A stretch of 64,000 nucleotides of DNA from Chloroflexota bacterium (GCA_039932335.1 JBDTQH010000024.1:5959-69958), one strand, 5' to 3'; positions 1 through 9,656 are shown, counted from the stretch's first letter. The notes: generated by a model not told the origin, from the letters alone. Numbers and translations are program-made.

Positions 1-218
1 AGCTGGCACCTCGAAACCCAGCCCGACGGCTCCACCACCTACAGCACGACGGTGAACATATCCCTACAGGGCGGCCCGCTCGCTCCGCTGCTTGAGCGCA
101 TATTCGTTGGAGGCTACTTCCGCCTCATAACAGAACGCAGCCTGCACAACGTAAAGCGGCTCATCGAAGCGGATTACGCACGGCAATCAGGGCTAGCAGA
201 ACAGGGTATCGCGGGCTG
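1..218 (+). CDS. 3' end of a CDS running in from upstream (C-terminal 72 aa, ...VNISLQGGPLAPLLERIFVGGYFRLITERSLHNVKRLIEADYARQSGLAEQGIAG*); function unknown
   Basis: Frame 1 is open from the window edge to TGA at 216-218 with coding-like codon usage; there is no start codon in the window. Confidence 0.35.
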
Positions 219-249
219 ATCCCCGTCCGCATATGGTTGAACCAATACT

Positions 250-1209
250 ATGAAGCTGGAGAATAATATGACCTCAGGCGATATAACGATAATGGCCGTA
301 CATGCTCACCCCGACGATGAAGTGGTTTTCACGGGCGGCACCCTTCTACGCTATCATAGGCATGGCGTTCGCACTGTGCTGGTGACAGCTACAGGCGGTG
401 AAGAGGGCGAGATACACGATCCCGATCTTGACCCGGAAGAGGCACGCCCACGTCTGCGCGAGATTCGCCTTGAGGAATTACGCCGCGGCACGGCTCTGCT
501 TGAAATTGACGATCTTGAACTGTTGGGATATCGCGACTCGGGCATGGTAGGCACCGAGGCCAACGCCGACCCTTCCAACTTCCATAATGCCGACCTTGAA
601 GAAGCCACCAATAAGCTCGTTATGCTGGTGCGCCGCTACAGGCCGCAAATCATGATCACCTACGACGAGTTCGGCGCATATGGACACCCCGACCACATCA
701 AGGCCAACGTAATCACCCGCGCCGCCTTCGACAAAGCGGGCGACCCAACCTATGCCCTCGATCTAGGCGAGCCGTGGACCCCACTCAAGCTCTATTACAC
801 ACACTGGAACGATGAAGGTTGGGAGAAGGCCAAGGCGGTCTTTGAAGAGCGCGGCCTCAAATGGCCGTTCGACCGCGAAGAAGAGCAGCCAGACACCGAC
901 CCTGAGCACCAGAGCATAGAGGAAGCCGTGGTTGAGCATGAGCAGGCGGTTGAGGCGGCCAAAGAAGAAGACAAGCCTCCTGCATACGTGCCGCCGCCCA
1001 CCACCACGCGCATAGACGTTCACGACTTTGCTGCCCTGAAGATGGAATCGGCCCGCCAGCACCGCACACAGTTCGACCCCAACGGTGTCTTCATGAGCGT
1101 ACCGGAAGATATTGTGCCGCTCATATTCGGTGACGAGCACTACACTCTGGTTGAGAGCCGCGTGCCCGCGCCTGAGCAGGAAGATGACATGCTAGCGGGC
1201 CTGGTTTGA
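250..1209 (+). CDS. PIG-L/LmbE-family N-acetylglucosaminyl deacetylase (MshB/BshB/Mca-like) with an acidic, Pro-rich C-terminal extension
   Basis: AVHAHPDDE metal-binding motif near the N-terminus. HPDH...ITYDEFGAYGHPDHI core is typical of LmbE-like zinc deacetylases. An alternative ATG at 268 lies closer to the motif. Confidence 0.8.
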   Translation: MKLENNMTSGDITIMAVHAHPDDEVVFTGGTLLRYHRHGVRTVLVTATGGEEGEIHDPDLDPEEARPRLREIRLEELRRGTALLEIDDLELLGYRDSGMVGTEANADPSNFHNADLEEATNKLVMLVRRYRPQIMITYDEFGAYGHPDHIKANVITRAAFDKAGDPTYALDLGEPWTPLKLYYTHWNDEGWEKAKAVFEERGLKWPFDREEEQPDTDPEHQSIEEAVVEHEQAVEAAKEEDKPPAYVPPPTTTRIDVHDFAALKMESARQHRTQFDPNGVFMSVPEDIVPLIFGDEHYTLVESRVPAPEQEDDMLAGLV

Positions 1210-1510
1210 TATTGTTGCGCGGCTATCAGGTTTTGCGAAGCAGGAAGTAGGGTCCAGTTACCGGGGAAGTGAGTTAGTGAGAGCACCGCGCGTCCTTAGG
1301 AAGTCCTATAGCATGATACTACCATAGACCTATTGCGAGGCATGAGTGCCTATGCTATACTCCTAGCAGGTGGTTGAGATAATCATCTAACAAAATATTA
1401 CTGCGGCTTATACAATAGCCTTGGCAACTTCTTACCAGGCAACGCGCGAAGATCAGGGCTTCTACCGGCGTCTAGCAGAGGGTAGCTAAAGGTTATCTCA
1501 CACGGAGCGA

Positions 1511-1536
1511 AAGGCGGCCCCAAAGGCCGCTTTTTG
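1511..1536 (+). terminator. Rho-independent terminator-like hairpin (GCGGCC-CCAAA-GGCCGC) followed by TTTTT
   Basis: GC stem 1514-1519/1525-1530 extended by A/T pairs, then a T5 run on the + strand. It lies ~300 bp after the deacetylase stop, so it may end an unannotated short transcript. Confidence 0.45.
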
Positions 1537-1577
1537 CTGTCTATGACGCACGCCACTTTCGCCTCCCCACGCAAAAA

Positions 1578-1585
1578 TGTATAAT
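1578..1585 (+). promoter_or_regulatory. Extended -10 element (TGTATAAT) upstream of plsX
   Basis: TGnTATAAT consensus at 1578-1585, 58 nt upstream of the plsX ATG. Confidence 0.35.
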
Positions 1586-1643
1586 GTGCACAGCTAGCCC
1601 GGTATTCCGGACTCCTAGCAATACAGCTTACTAGAAGAGGTTC

Positions 1644-2672
1644 ATGCAGATGAGGATTGCTCTCGACGCGATGGGGGGAGATAACGCTCCGGTTGAAACG
1701 GTGCTTGGCGCGGTGCAGGCCGCACGCGAGTACGGCATAGAAATCGTGCTGGTCGGCAACCCCGAAGTCTTGCGTGCCGAGCTTGCAAAGTCTGATACTG
1801 CCGGTCTCAAGCTGCCAATTGAGCCTGCCGCCTCCGTCATACCTATGGACGAGCACGCTCCTTCTACTGCATGGCGTCGTCAGCGCGACTCTTCGCTTTC
1901 AATCTCGCTGCAGATGCTCGCTGACGGTAAAGTCGATGCTGTGGTCTCCGCAGGCAACACGGGCGCGGTGGTCTCAGGCGGTACATTTATCCTTCGCCGC
2001 ATCGAAGGCATCGACCGTCCAGCCCTTGGTGTGCCATTCCCCACTATGGGCAATATCGGCAAGGTCTTTATCGTCGATGTTGGCGCTACACCTGATGCAA
2101 AGCCGCATTTTCTCCTGCAATGGGCGCGCATGGCCTCGATCTATACCGAGCGCGTGATGGGCGTGCCCCGGCCCCGTGTTGGCATCGTCTCCAATGGCGA
2201 GGAGGAGATAAAAGGCTCTGAGCTTGTGCGCGAGACATTTCCTCTGCTGCAGGAGAGCGGGCTGAACTTCATCGGCAATGTCGAGGGCAAGGACATCCCG
2301 TTTGGCGTGGCTGATGTGGTGGTCACCGACGGCTTTACAGGTAACGTTATAATCAAGACGGTGGAGGGCACCGCCAAGATGATCTTCGACCTGCTGAAGG
2401 CAGAGCTTACCTCATCGCTGCCCACAAAGCTGCTGGCTGCGGGTCTTCGCTCTAACTTCCGACGCATAGGCGACCGCCTGGACTATGCCGAGTATGGCGG
2501 CTCAATCGTGATGGGCGTCAACGGCATTCTTATCAAGCCGCACGGCCGCTCAAATGCCAAGGCGATCAAGAACGCCATCCGGGTCGGCAAAACCGCAGCC
2601 GAGCAGGATATTATGGCGGTCTTTCGAGAGCTTGGTGAGCAGGAAAGCCAGGTCCAGCGCCCGGCAGGCTGA
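1644..2672 (+). CDS. plsX: Phosphate acyltransferase PlsX
   Basis: Full-length similarity to the PlsX family (MRIALDAMGGDNAP..., ~340 aa, C-terminal KPHG). RBS GAAGAGG upstream. Confidence 0.9.
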   Translation: MQMRIALDAMGGDNAPVETVLGAVQAAREYGIEIVLVGNPEVLRAELAKSDTAGLKLPIEPAASVIPMDEHAPSTAWRRQRDSSLSISLQMLADGKVDAVVSAGNTGAVVSGGTFILRRIEGIDRPALGVPFPTMGNIGKVFIVDVGATPDAKPHFLLQWARMASIYTERVMGVPRPRVGIVSNGEEEIKGSELVRETFPLLQESGLNFIGNVEGKDIPFGVADVVVTDGFTGNVIIKTVEGTAKMIFDLLKAELTSSLPTKLLAAGLRSNFRRIGDRLDYAEYGGSIVMGVNGILIKPHGRSNAKAIKNAIRVGKTAAEQDIMAVFRELGEQESQVQRPAG

Positions 2673-3182
2673 TCTTGTCGCCGCTGACCCGACACAGGCA
2701 CGACGAACAATCCGACTACGATACTGTAACCGGGTGGCGGCCCCTTATGAGCCTGAATACCCTACTGCCGGTGCTAGTCGGAGTCTGCACCGGCGGAACT
2801 CTGGGACGCCGCGCTCCAGCGTACCGGCCCATCATCCGTGTCGTGCCCAACCACACCCACAAGCTGAGCGCTATCCGTGGGATCCGGATAGTCGTCCCAC
2901 AGGTCGTCCTGCCTGAGGCTGTGCCAGGTGAACTCTACAAACGTGCCTAAGGGGATTGCTGCGTTATCTTCCAACTGCCTTTCTCCTTTGATACTACCGG
3001 CTGCGACATTGCAACCGCCGAAAATGCCGACCTCGCAACGCTGAGAGGCAGAGCGAGCAGTCCCACTGATCGAATAAGCAAGTTTCGTACCTTACTGACG
3101 CTTTGCGCCCCGGCTCTGCACGTTGCGCGGGCGGCAGGGGCGCGTTATAATTAGTGTTGGCCCTTATGCGGGCGTAATGTTT

Positions 3183-4286
3183 ATGAAGATACTTTCTGTA
3201 GTCGGCGCTCGTCCCCAATTTGTAAAAGCAGCACCGGTTGGCCGCGCTCTTCAGCAAGCGGGCATCACCGAGGTTTTGCTGCATACCGGCCAGCATTATG
3301 ACCGCGAAATGTCAGGCGTTTTCTTCGATGAGCTAGGCATAGCAGAACCTCAGTACAACCTCGGCGCAGGCTCAGGCTCCCATGCTGCCCAGACTGCGGC
3401 CATGCTCACAGGCATCGAGGAAGTGCTGCTGGCTGAGCAGCCCGATATCCTCCTTATCTACGGCGACACCAATTCAACGCTGGCTGGAGCGCTGGCCGCC
3501 GCCAAGCTGGGTGTGCCCGTCGCGCATGTCGAAGCGGGCCTTCGCTCCTACAACAGTGCTATGCCTGAGGAGATCAACCGGGTAGTGGCGGACACGCTGT
3601 CCACCCTCCTTTTCTGTCCAACAGGTGTGTCGGCCTCCAACCTCCGGCAGGAAGGTATTACTGAGGGTGTTCACATAGTGGGTGATGTCATGTACGATGC
3701 CGTCCTCTGGGCTGTTGAACATACAGGAAGTGAGGCGGCAGCGATACTCTCTCGGCTCAGACTAACGAGCGGAAACTACCTCTTAGCCACGGTACACCGC
3801 GCCTCTAACACCGACAACCCCGCCAACCTCGCCTCGATTGTGTCCGCGCTCAACGCTACGGATGAGCAGATAGTTTTCCCCGTCCACCCTCGCACGCGAA
3901 AGGCTCTGGACGCCGCCGGTGTCACGCTTGGCCCGAATATATTGCCAATCGACCCTGTTTCATATCTCGAAATGCTCGCGCTCGAAGGTCATGCCCGAGC
4001 AGTCCTCACCGACTCCGGCGGCGTGCAGAAAGAGGCATTCTGGCTGGCCGTTCCATGCATAACCATGCGCGACGAAACGGAATGGGTGGAAACAGTTGAG
4101 TGCGGTTGGAACACCCTGGCAGGGACCGACCCCGCCAAGATTCTGGCTGCTCTTCAGAACCCACGTCCGGCAACCCAGCCTGCCCAGGTGTACGGCGACG
4201 GCCATGCAGCCGAGCGAATAGCCGCATTATTACAGGAGAGCGCAATGCGACAGGCAGCGCAGGAGCCTCGAAAGCTCCTGTCCTGA
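3183..4286 (+). CDS. UDP-N-acetylglucosamine 2-epimerase family (WecB/MnaA/WbpI-like), non-hydrolysing
   Basis: MKILSVVGARPQFVKAAPV...HTGQHYD...EQPDILLIYGDTNSTLAGALAAAKLGVPVAHVEAGLRS is diagnostic of Epimerase_2. The ORF opens at 3123, but the homologous N-terminus begins at MFMKIL (3183). Confidence 0.85.
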   Translation: MKILSVVGARPQFVKAAPVGRALQQAGITEVLLHTGQHYDREMSGVFFDELGIAEPQYNLGAGSGSHAAQTAAMLTGIEEVLLAEQPDILLIYGDTNSTLAGALAAAKLGVPVAHVEAGLRSYNSAMPEEINRVVADTLSTLLFCPTGVSASNLRQEGITEGVHIVGDVMYDAVLWAVEHTGSEAAAILSRLRLTSGNYLLATVHRASNTDNPANLASIVSALNATDEQIVFPVHPRTRKALDAAGVTLGPNILPIDPVSYLEMLALEGHARAVLTDSGGVQKEAFWLAVPCITMRDETEWVETVECGWNTLAGTDPAKILAALQNPRPATQPAQVYGDGHAAERIAALLQESAMRQAAQEPRKLLS

Positions 4287-4305
4287 CTGCCGCGGACTAC
4301 CATCA

Positions 4306-4932
4306 ATGAGCGACGAAATATATGTCCATCCAACCGCCGATGTATCTCCGAAAGCCACTCTTGGTGCGGGCACAAAGGTCTGGCACCAGGCGCAGGTTCG
4401 CGAAGGCGCTGTGTTGGGGCGCAATTGCATCCTCGGCAAGTCCGCCTATGTAGACTTCGGTGTGCAGATTGGCGACAACGTCAAGATACAGAACCGTGCA
4501 AGCGTCTACCACGGCGTAACGCTGGAGAACGGCGTCTTCGTTGGCCCGCATGTCATCTTCACCAACGACAAGATGCCCCGCGCTATCAACCCTGACGGCT
4601 CGCTGAAAAGCGAAGATGATTGGGAGCTTGGCCTCATACTGGTCAAAGAGGGTGCTTCACTCGGTGCGGGGGCAATTGTTGTGACAGGCGTCACGATAGG
4701 CCGCTTCGCCATGGTTGGGGCAGGTGCTGTCGTCACAAGGGATGTGCCGGATTACGGCCTGGTCTACGGCAACCCCGCCCGCCTGCACGGCTACGTCTGC
4801 CCTTGCGGCAACAAGCTCGGCAGCACACTCCGCGAAACCCCACACGGTAGCATCTTGCTTTGCGGTAACTGCAGTCGCGAAATCGTTATCGAGCAAACAA
4901 CGCAGGAAGACCCCACGGAGTTGGAGCTATAG
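4306..4932 (+). CDS. Hexapeptide-repeat (left-handed beta-helix) N-acetyltransferase, WbpD/WlbB-like, with a C-terminal Cys4 tail
   Basis: Repeated [LIV]G-x4 hexapeptides (GAGTKVWHQAQVREGAVLGRNCILG...). The size and genomic context match UDP-GlcNAc3NA 3-N-acetyltransferases. C-terminal CPCGN...CGNC. Confidence 0.75.
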   Translation: MSDEIYVHPTADVSPKATLGAGTKVWHQAQVREGAVLGRNCILGKSAYVDFGVQIGDNVKIQNRASVYHGVTLENGVFVGPHVIFTNDKMPRAINPDGSLKSEDDWELGLILVKEGASLGAGAIVVTGVTIGRFAMVGAGAVVTRDVPDYGLVYGNPARLHGYVCPCGNKLGSTLRETPHGSILLCGNCSREIVIEQTTQEDPTELEL

Positions 4933-5009
4933 TTTTAGCACCTATCAACCGTTTCATATCCGAACCTAACTTGCACAACCCGGTAACCACGAAAAAAGAG
5001 GAACACCAG

Positions 5010-6089
5010 ATGATAAATATGGCCCGGCCCCAGATCGGGGACGAAGAAAAGGCAGCGGTAATGGCCGTGCTCGACAGTGGACAGCTTGCCCAGGGCAGCG
5101 TGGTCGCCGACTTCGAGAAGGCTTTCGCCGAGTATTGCGGAGTGAAGCATGCCGTAGCCACCAGCAACGGCACGACAGCCCTGCACGTCGCTTTACTTGC
5201 CCACGAGATTGGCCCCGGCGATGAGGTTATAACCGTTCCTTTCACCTTTATTGCCTCGGCCAACTCGGTGCTCTATGTGGGTGCGCGGCCTGTATTCGTT
5301 GATATAGACCCTGTTAGCTACAACATCAATGTTGACCAGATCGAGGCCGCCATTACCCCGCGCACAAAGGCCATTATGCCTGTTCATCTCTTTGGCAATC
5401 CCGCCGAAATGTCGCGCATCCAGGAGATTGCCGATCGCCACGGGCTGGCCATAATCGAAGACGCCGCGCAGGCCCACGGTGCCGAGGAGAACGGCAAACG
5501 CGCAGGAAGCTGGGGCACAGGCTGCTTCTCTTTCTACCCTACCAAGAACATCACCACGGGCGAAGGCGGCATTGTCACCACCAATGACGATGCGGTTGCC
5601 GACCGTGCGGCCCTGGTTCGTTCTCACGGTATGCGCGTGCGCTACTATCATGAGATGCTTGGCTACAATTTTCGCATGACCAACATCCACGCCGCTATCG
5701 GTTGCGCCCAACTCCCCAAGCTGGAAGGCTTCAACGAGCGCCGCATCGCTAATGCCGCCTACTTGAGCGAGCATCTTCCCGCCGACAAAGTGCGTGTGCC
5801 CTCTGTGCGCCCCGGCACGCGCCACGTCTTCCACCAGTACACCGTGCGCGTGCTCCCACCGCTCGACCGCGACGAAGTGCGCCGGCGTCTAGCCGAGAAG
5901 GGCGTCGGCAGCGAAGTCTATTACCCGGTGCCGGTTCATCACCAGCAAGTGTACCTCGACCTGGGCTATGGCGGCGAGAGCTATCCTGAGTCGGAGCGCG
6001 CCGCCCGTGAGGTGCTGTCGCTGCCGATCCACCCTGGCCTGTCGCAGCAGGACCTCGACACAATAGTAGCCGCCGTAGAGTCCATTTAG
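5010..6089 (+). CDS. DegT/DnrJ/EryC1/StrS-family PLP-dependent sugar aminotransferase (WbpE/WlbC-like)
   Basis: Conserved motifs: ...SNGTTALHVAL..., ...GDEVITVPFTFIASAN... and ...FSFYPTKNITTGEGG... (PLP-lysine region). RBS AAGAGGA 8 nt before the ATG at 5010. Confidence 0.9.
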   Translation: MINMARPQIGDEEKAAVMAVLDSGQLAQGSVVADFEKAFAEYCGVKHAVATSNGTTALHVALLAHEIGPGDEVITVPFTFIASANSVLYVGARPVFVDIDPVSYNINVDQIEAAITPRTKAIMPVHLFGNPAEMSRIQEIADRHGLAIIEDAAQAHGAEENGKRAGSWGTGCFSFYPTKNITTGEGGIVTTNDDAVADRAALVRSHGMRVRYYHEMLGYNFRMTNIHAAIGCAQLPKLEGFNERRIANAAYLSEHLPADKVRVPSVRPGTRHVFHQYTVRVLPPLDRDEVRRRLAEKGVGSEVYYPVPVHHQQVYLDLGYGGESYPESERAAREVLSLPIHPGLSQQDLDTIVAAVESI

Positions 6090-6113
6090 CCGACACCAGA
6101 GAACACCAGCCCT

Positions 6114-7175
6114 ATGACAGACACATCCACAGCGAACCCCAACCAGCCACCAGCATCGCGCGTTGCCGTAATCGGCGCGGGCGCGATGGGCCGCAACCAC
6201 CTGCGCGTGCTGAACGACCTGCCAACAGCCCGGCTCGTGGGCGTGGCCGATGCCGACCTGGCGACGGCAGAGCGCGCCGCCCGGCTCTACGGCATTCAGG
6301 CGTACACTGATTACCGGCAAATGCTCGACCGCGAGAAGCCTGAGGCTGTTGTGATAGCCGTGCCCACTATAATGCACCGTGAAGTGGCCCTCGAAGTGAT
6401 CTCTCGCGGCATTCATCTGCTCGTGGAGAAGCCGATCGCCTTTACGGTGGCCGAAGGTGAAGAAATCCTGGCGGCGGCGCACGACGCGGGTGTGCTGCTC
6501 ACGGTTGGCCACATCGAGCGGTACAATCCCGCCATTGTTGAGCTTCACCGGCGGCTGCAAGAGGCAGAGCTTGGGCGCGTCTTCAAGATGCACGCTCGCA
6601 GGCTTGGACCCTTCCCTCCGCGTGTTCGCGATGTGGGTGTGGTAATCGACCTCGCGACACATGATGTTGACATAATGAGGTTTCTTAGTGGCTCTGAGGT
6701 AGTACGTGTGTACGCCGAAACTGCTCGCCGCATCCACACCGAGCACGAGGACTTGCTGTCGGGCCTGCTCAGGTTCCAGGATAACAGCATCGGTGTGCTT
6801 GATATAAACTGGCTCACTCCAACCAAGATTCGCGAGCTTATGATCACGGGCGAGAAGGGCATGTTCCATGTCAACTATCTCACTCAGGACCTCTATTTCT
6901 ATGAAAACAACTACATCAAGACCGAATGGGACGCCATGTCGAACATCACGGGAGTCAGCGAAGGCGACATGATACGCCCCCGCATCGACAAGAATGAGCC
7001 GCTCAGGATCGAGCTTGACCGCTTCCTGCGAGCAGCCTGCGGAGAGGACGTCCAGGTTACATCGGGGGAGGACGCACTCGCGACCCTGCGTATCGTGCAC
7101 AAGATAGTGGAATCGGGCATAGAAGGCAGAGCGATTTATCTGGATGCCGGAGGAGAGAACGTTGGCTCAGTATAA
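6114..7175 (+). CDS. Gfo/Idh/MocA-family NAD-dependent oxidoreductase (WbpB/WlbA-like UDP-GlcNAcA 3-dehydrogenase)
   Basis: N-terminal Rossmann VAVIGAGAMGRNHLRVL. The EKP motif (LLVEKPIA) and GH..ERYNP are typical of the family. Confidence 0.85.
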   Translation: MTDTSTANPNQPPASRVAVIGAGAMGRNHLRVLNDLPTARLVGVADADLATAERAARLYGIQAYTDYRQMLDREKPEAVVIAVPTIMHREVALEVISRGIHLLVEKPIAFTVAEGEEILAAAHDAGVLLTVGHIERYNPAIVELHRRLQEAELGRVFKMHARRLGPFPPRVRDVGVVIDLATHDVDIMRFLSGSEVVRVYAETARRIHTEHEDLLSGLLRFQDNSIGVLDINWLTPTKIRELMITGEKGMFHVNYLTQDLYFYENNYIKTEWDAMSNITGVSEGDMIRPRIDKNEPLRIELDRFLRAACGEDVQVTSGEDALATLRIVHKIVESGIEGRAIYLDAGGENVGSV

Positions 7176-8454
7176 TGTGGCGGTGGTTGGCCTGGGCAAG
7201 ATCGGCTTGCCGCTGGCGGCGCAATTTGCCCATAGTGGCCTCAAAGTCATTGGCTGCGACATCAACCCCGAAGTGGTCTCGATGGTCAACGCGGGGTACT
7301 CCCACGTAAAAGAAGAGCCGGGTCTCGAAGAGTGGGTGCGTGAGGGCGTCGAATCGGGCAACCTCACCGCCACAACCGATACCACAGCCGCCGTTCGGCA
7401 AAGCAACGTTGTAATGGTAATCGTGCCCGTCATCGTGGACGATGAGCGCCAGGTTGACTACCGCAGCATTGACGCTGCCACTCGCGCTATAGGAGCAGGA
7501 CTGCAACCGGACACGCTTGTTATCTACGAAACTACTCTCCCGGTCGGCACCACGCGCACCCGCTTCGCGCCTGCCCTGGAGCAAGACTCGGGCCTTACAG
7601 TCGGACGCGATTTCTGGCTTGCCTTCAGCCCTGAACGCGTCTACAGCGGCCGCATCTTCCGCGACCTTGTAAAGTATCCCAAGGTCGTGGGTGGCGTCAC
7701 GCCGGAGTGTACCGCTCGTGCCGCTGCTTTCTACAATATCGCTCTCGGGGGCACAGAATCGCTCGCCATGCACAACACCGACACAGCAGAGCTTGTGAAG
7801 TTGATGGAGACGACATATCGCGACGTAAACATCGCCCTTGCCAACGAGTTCGCACGCTTCGCCGACGCACGTGATCTACCTGTTGACCAGGCTATAGCTG
7901 CCGCCAACACTCAGCCTTTTTCACACATTCACCGTCCGGGTATCGCGGTGGGCGGGCACTGCATACCCGTCTACCCCTACTTTCTTATTAACCACGCTGA
8001 TGAAGGCGAGATGGAAATTCCCCGCATTTCCCGGCGGGTGAACGACAATATGGCCGCGTGGTCGCTGGACAAGCTATCGAAGGCGCTTGGCGGTCTTGAG
8101 GGCAAGCGCGTGCTGATACTCGGCTTCTCCTACAGGGAGAACGTAAAGGAACCTGTCTTCTCAGGCGCTCTCCGCTTGATCACTCAACTACGCGAGGCAG
8201 GCGCAACGCCGACCGTCAACGACCCCCTCTTTACCGACGAAGAGATCGCCCGCCACGGAGCGGCCCCCGCCCCCCTCACCGATCTTCCATCCGCCGACGC
8301 CATCATCCTGCAAGCCTACCACGACGATTACCGCACCCTCGACTGGTCCGCTCTCGCAAGCAAAGGCTATCGAGTTGTCCTAGACGGCCGCAACAGCCTT
8401 GACCGCGCTGCCATAGAAAGCACCGGAATGCGGTACATAGGTATGGGCCGGTAG
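7144..8454 (+). CDS. UDP-N-acetyl-D-glucosamine/mannosamine 6-dehydrogenase (UDP-glucose dehydrogenase family; WbpA/WecC-like)
   Basis: NVAVVGLGKIGLPLA Rossmann fold. Catalytic region GGHCIPVYPYF. Overlaps the preceding ORF by 32 nt; the true start may be the internal TTG at 7162 or the GTG at 7177. Confidence 0.85.
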   Translation: MPEERTLAQYNVAVVGLGKIGLPLAAQFAHSGLKVIGCDINPEVVSMVNAGYSHVKEEPGLEEWVREGVESGNLTATTDTTAAVRQSNVVMVIVPVIVDDERQVDYRSIDAATRAIGAGLQPDTLVIYETTLPVGTTRTRFAPALEQDSGLTVGRDFWLAFSPERVYSGRIFRDLVKYPKVVGGVTPECTARAAAFYNIALGGTESLAMHNTDTAELVKLMETTYRDVNIALANEFARFADARDLPVDQAIAAANTQPFSHIHRPGIAVGGHCIPVYPYFLINHADEGEMEIPRISRRVNDNMAAWSLDKLSKALGGLEGKRVLILGFSYRENVKEPVFSGALRLITQLREAGATPTVNDPLFTDEEIARHGAAPAPLTDLPSADAIILQAYHDDYRTLDWSALASKGYRVVLDGRNSLDRAAIESTGMRYIGMGR

Positions 8455-8508
8455 GTTTAAGTCCCTTTACATCAATGTGTGAGGCCTCGTAACTCATTGG
8501 CAACCAAA

Positions 8509-8540
8509 ACACTCGGGGGACGTCTCCCGAGTGTTTTACT
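8509..8540 (+). terminator. Rho-independent terminator after the sugar-nucleotide operon
   Basis: ACACTCGGGGGA / TCTCCCGAGTGT 12-bp stem (one G-U pair), followed by TTTTACTTTAC. Confidence 0.5.
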
Positions 8541-8555
8541 TTACTCAGATAAGCT

Positions 8556-9656
8556 ATGTCGCTTATACTGAATCGTGATTATTACGAGCCGGAGCAACGT
8601 GTGACATCCAGCAGGCGCTCGCGAAAGCAAGTGCTATTTCTACTTCCCTGGGCTGCATCGCCCTTCATGACCACCGATATTGATTTGCTGAGCAAGCACT
8701 ACCCGGTTGACGTCCTGACCTACAGAGGTAAGAGAATAAAGATGACCTTGCAGGTGCTCAAGCGTATTCTGCAGGGGCGTGTTGGGGTCATTGTTTTCTG
8801 GTTCGCTGTGCCTAGCTTTGGCTTCGGTATCTCCATTCTTGCCCGGCTCATGCGCCGTCCCATTTTACTGATAACGGGCGGTTACGATGTGGCGAATATG
8901 CCGGAGATCGAGTTTGGTTCCATGATACGGCCCAGATTGAGGCGGTTGGTGATTGGGATGTTGAAGATGGCCGATACCATCCTTACTTTCTCCGACTACG
9001 CTCAGACCGAGGTACGCCGCTATGTTCAGCCGAGGCGCATGCGGACCGCTTATATGGGCATCGATGTCGAGCGTTTGCGTCCGAGTCCTGCCGTTGCCCG
9101 CGAGAATATGGTAATAACCGCAAGCTCTGTTGGGCATGCTTTCATAAAACAAAAAGGACTGGACACTTTCGTGCGCGCTGCTGCCTGTGTGCCGGACGCT
9201 CAATTTGTGCTGATTGGCAAATTTGTTGACGAATCGATAGATGAGTTGAGGCGAATCGCGCCGCCTAATGTTACTTTCACGGGGCGGTTTGTCACGGATG
9301 AAGAATTGGCAGATTACTACAAGCGCGCAAAAGTGTATGTACAGGCATCGGCCCACGAAGGGTTCGGTGTGGCACTGGCTGAAGCTATGTCGGCAGGTTG
9401 CGTGCCCGTCGCCGTGCGGGGTACCGCCATGCCAGAGGTAGTGGGCGACACAGGCTTCTATGCACCATATGGTGATGCGCAGGCTCTGGGAGCGGCAATT
9501 CAGCAGGCTCTTGCAGATGACGGTACGTGCGCCGCTGCTGCGCGAGAACGGATTGTTGCCCGCTTCACTGTCGCCAGGCGAGAGCGTGTGCTGGTAGGCG
9601 AGGTGGGGAGACTGATGCGAGCGCGTAGGCGGCCGAAAAGTCCGGGGATGAAGTGA
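8556..9656 (+). CDS. GT4 (GT-B fold) glycosyltransferase
   Basis: C-terminal EGFGVALAEAMSAGCVPVAVRGTAMPEVV matches the GT4 E-x7-E donor-binding motif. Confidence 0.8.
   Translation: MSLILNRDYYEPEQRVTSSRRSRKQVLFLLPWAASPFMTTDIDLLSKHYPVDVLTYRGKRIKMTLQVLKRILQGRVGVIVFWFAVPSFGFGISILARLMRRPILLITGGYDVANMPEIEFGSMIRPRLRRLVIGMLKMADTILTFSDYAQTEVRRYVQPRRMRTAYMGIDVERLRPSPAVARENMVITASSVGHAFIKQKGLDTFVRAAACVPDAQFVLIGKFVDESIDELRRIAPPNVTFTGRFVTDEELADYYKRAKVYVQASAHEGFGVALAEAMSAGCVPVAVRGTAMPEVVGDTGFYAPYGDAQALGAAIQQALADDGTCAAAARERIVARFTVARRERVLVGEVGRLMRARRRPKSPGMK

Noticed and set aside
1398-1856. 152-aa minus-strand ORF spanning the plsX start region
   Set aside because: It runs antisense into the plsX N-terminus, has no RBS, and the product has no recognisable fold. 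The region is more likely non-coding or a small RNA.
2675-2950. 91-aa ORF immediately after plsX
   Set aside because: There is no RBS. The product is Arg/Pro/Val-rich without motif and is not supported by any family resemblance. It is probably part of the 3' UTR.
5193-7100. Long minus-strand ORFs (5193..5834, 5889..7100, 7057..7773) antisense to the aminotransferase, oxidoreductase and dehydrogenase genes
   Set aside because: They are shadow ORFs typical of high-GC DNA. They lie entirely inside well-supported + strand genes. Their products are low-complexity Arg/Ala/Gly-rich with no motif. No RBS is present.
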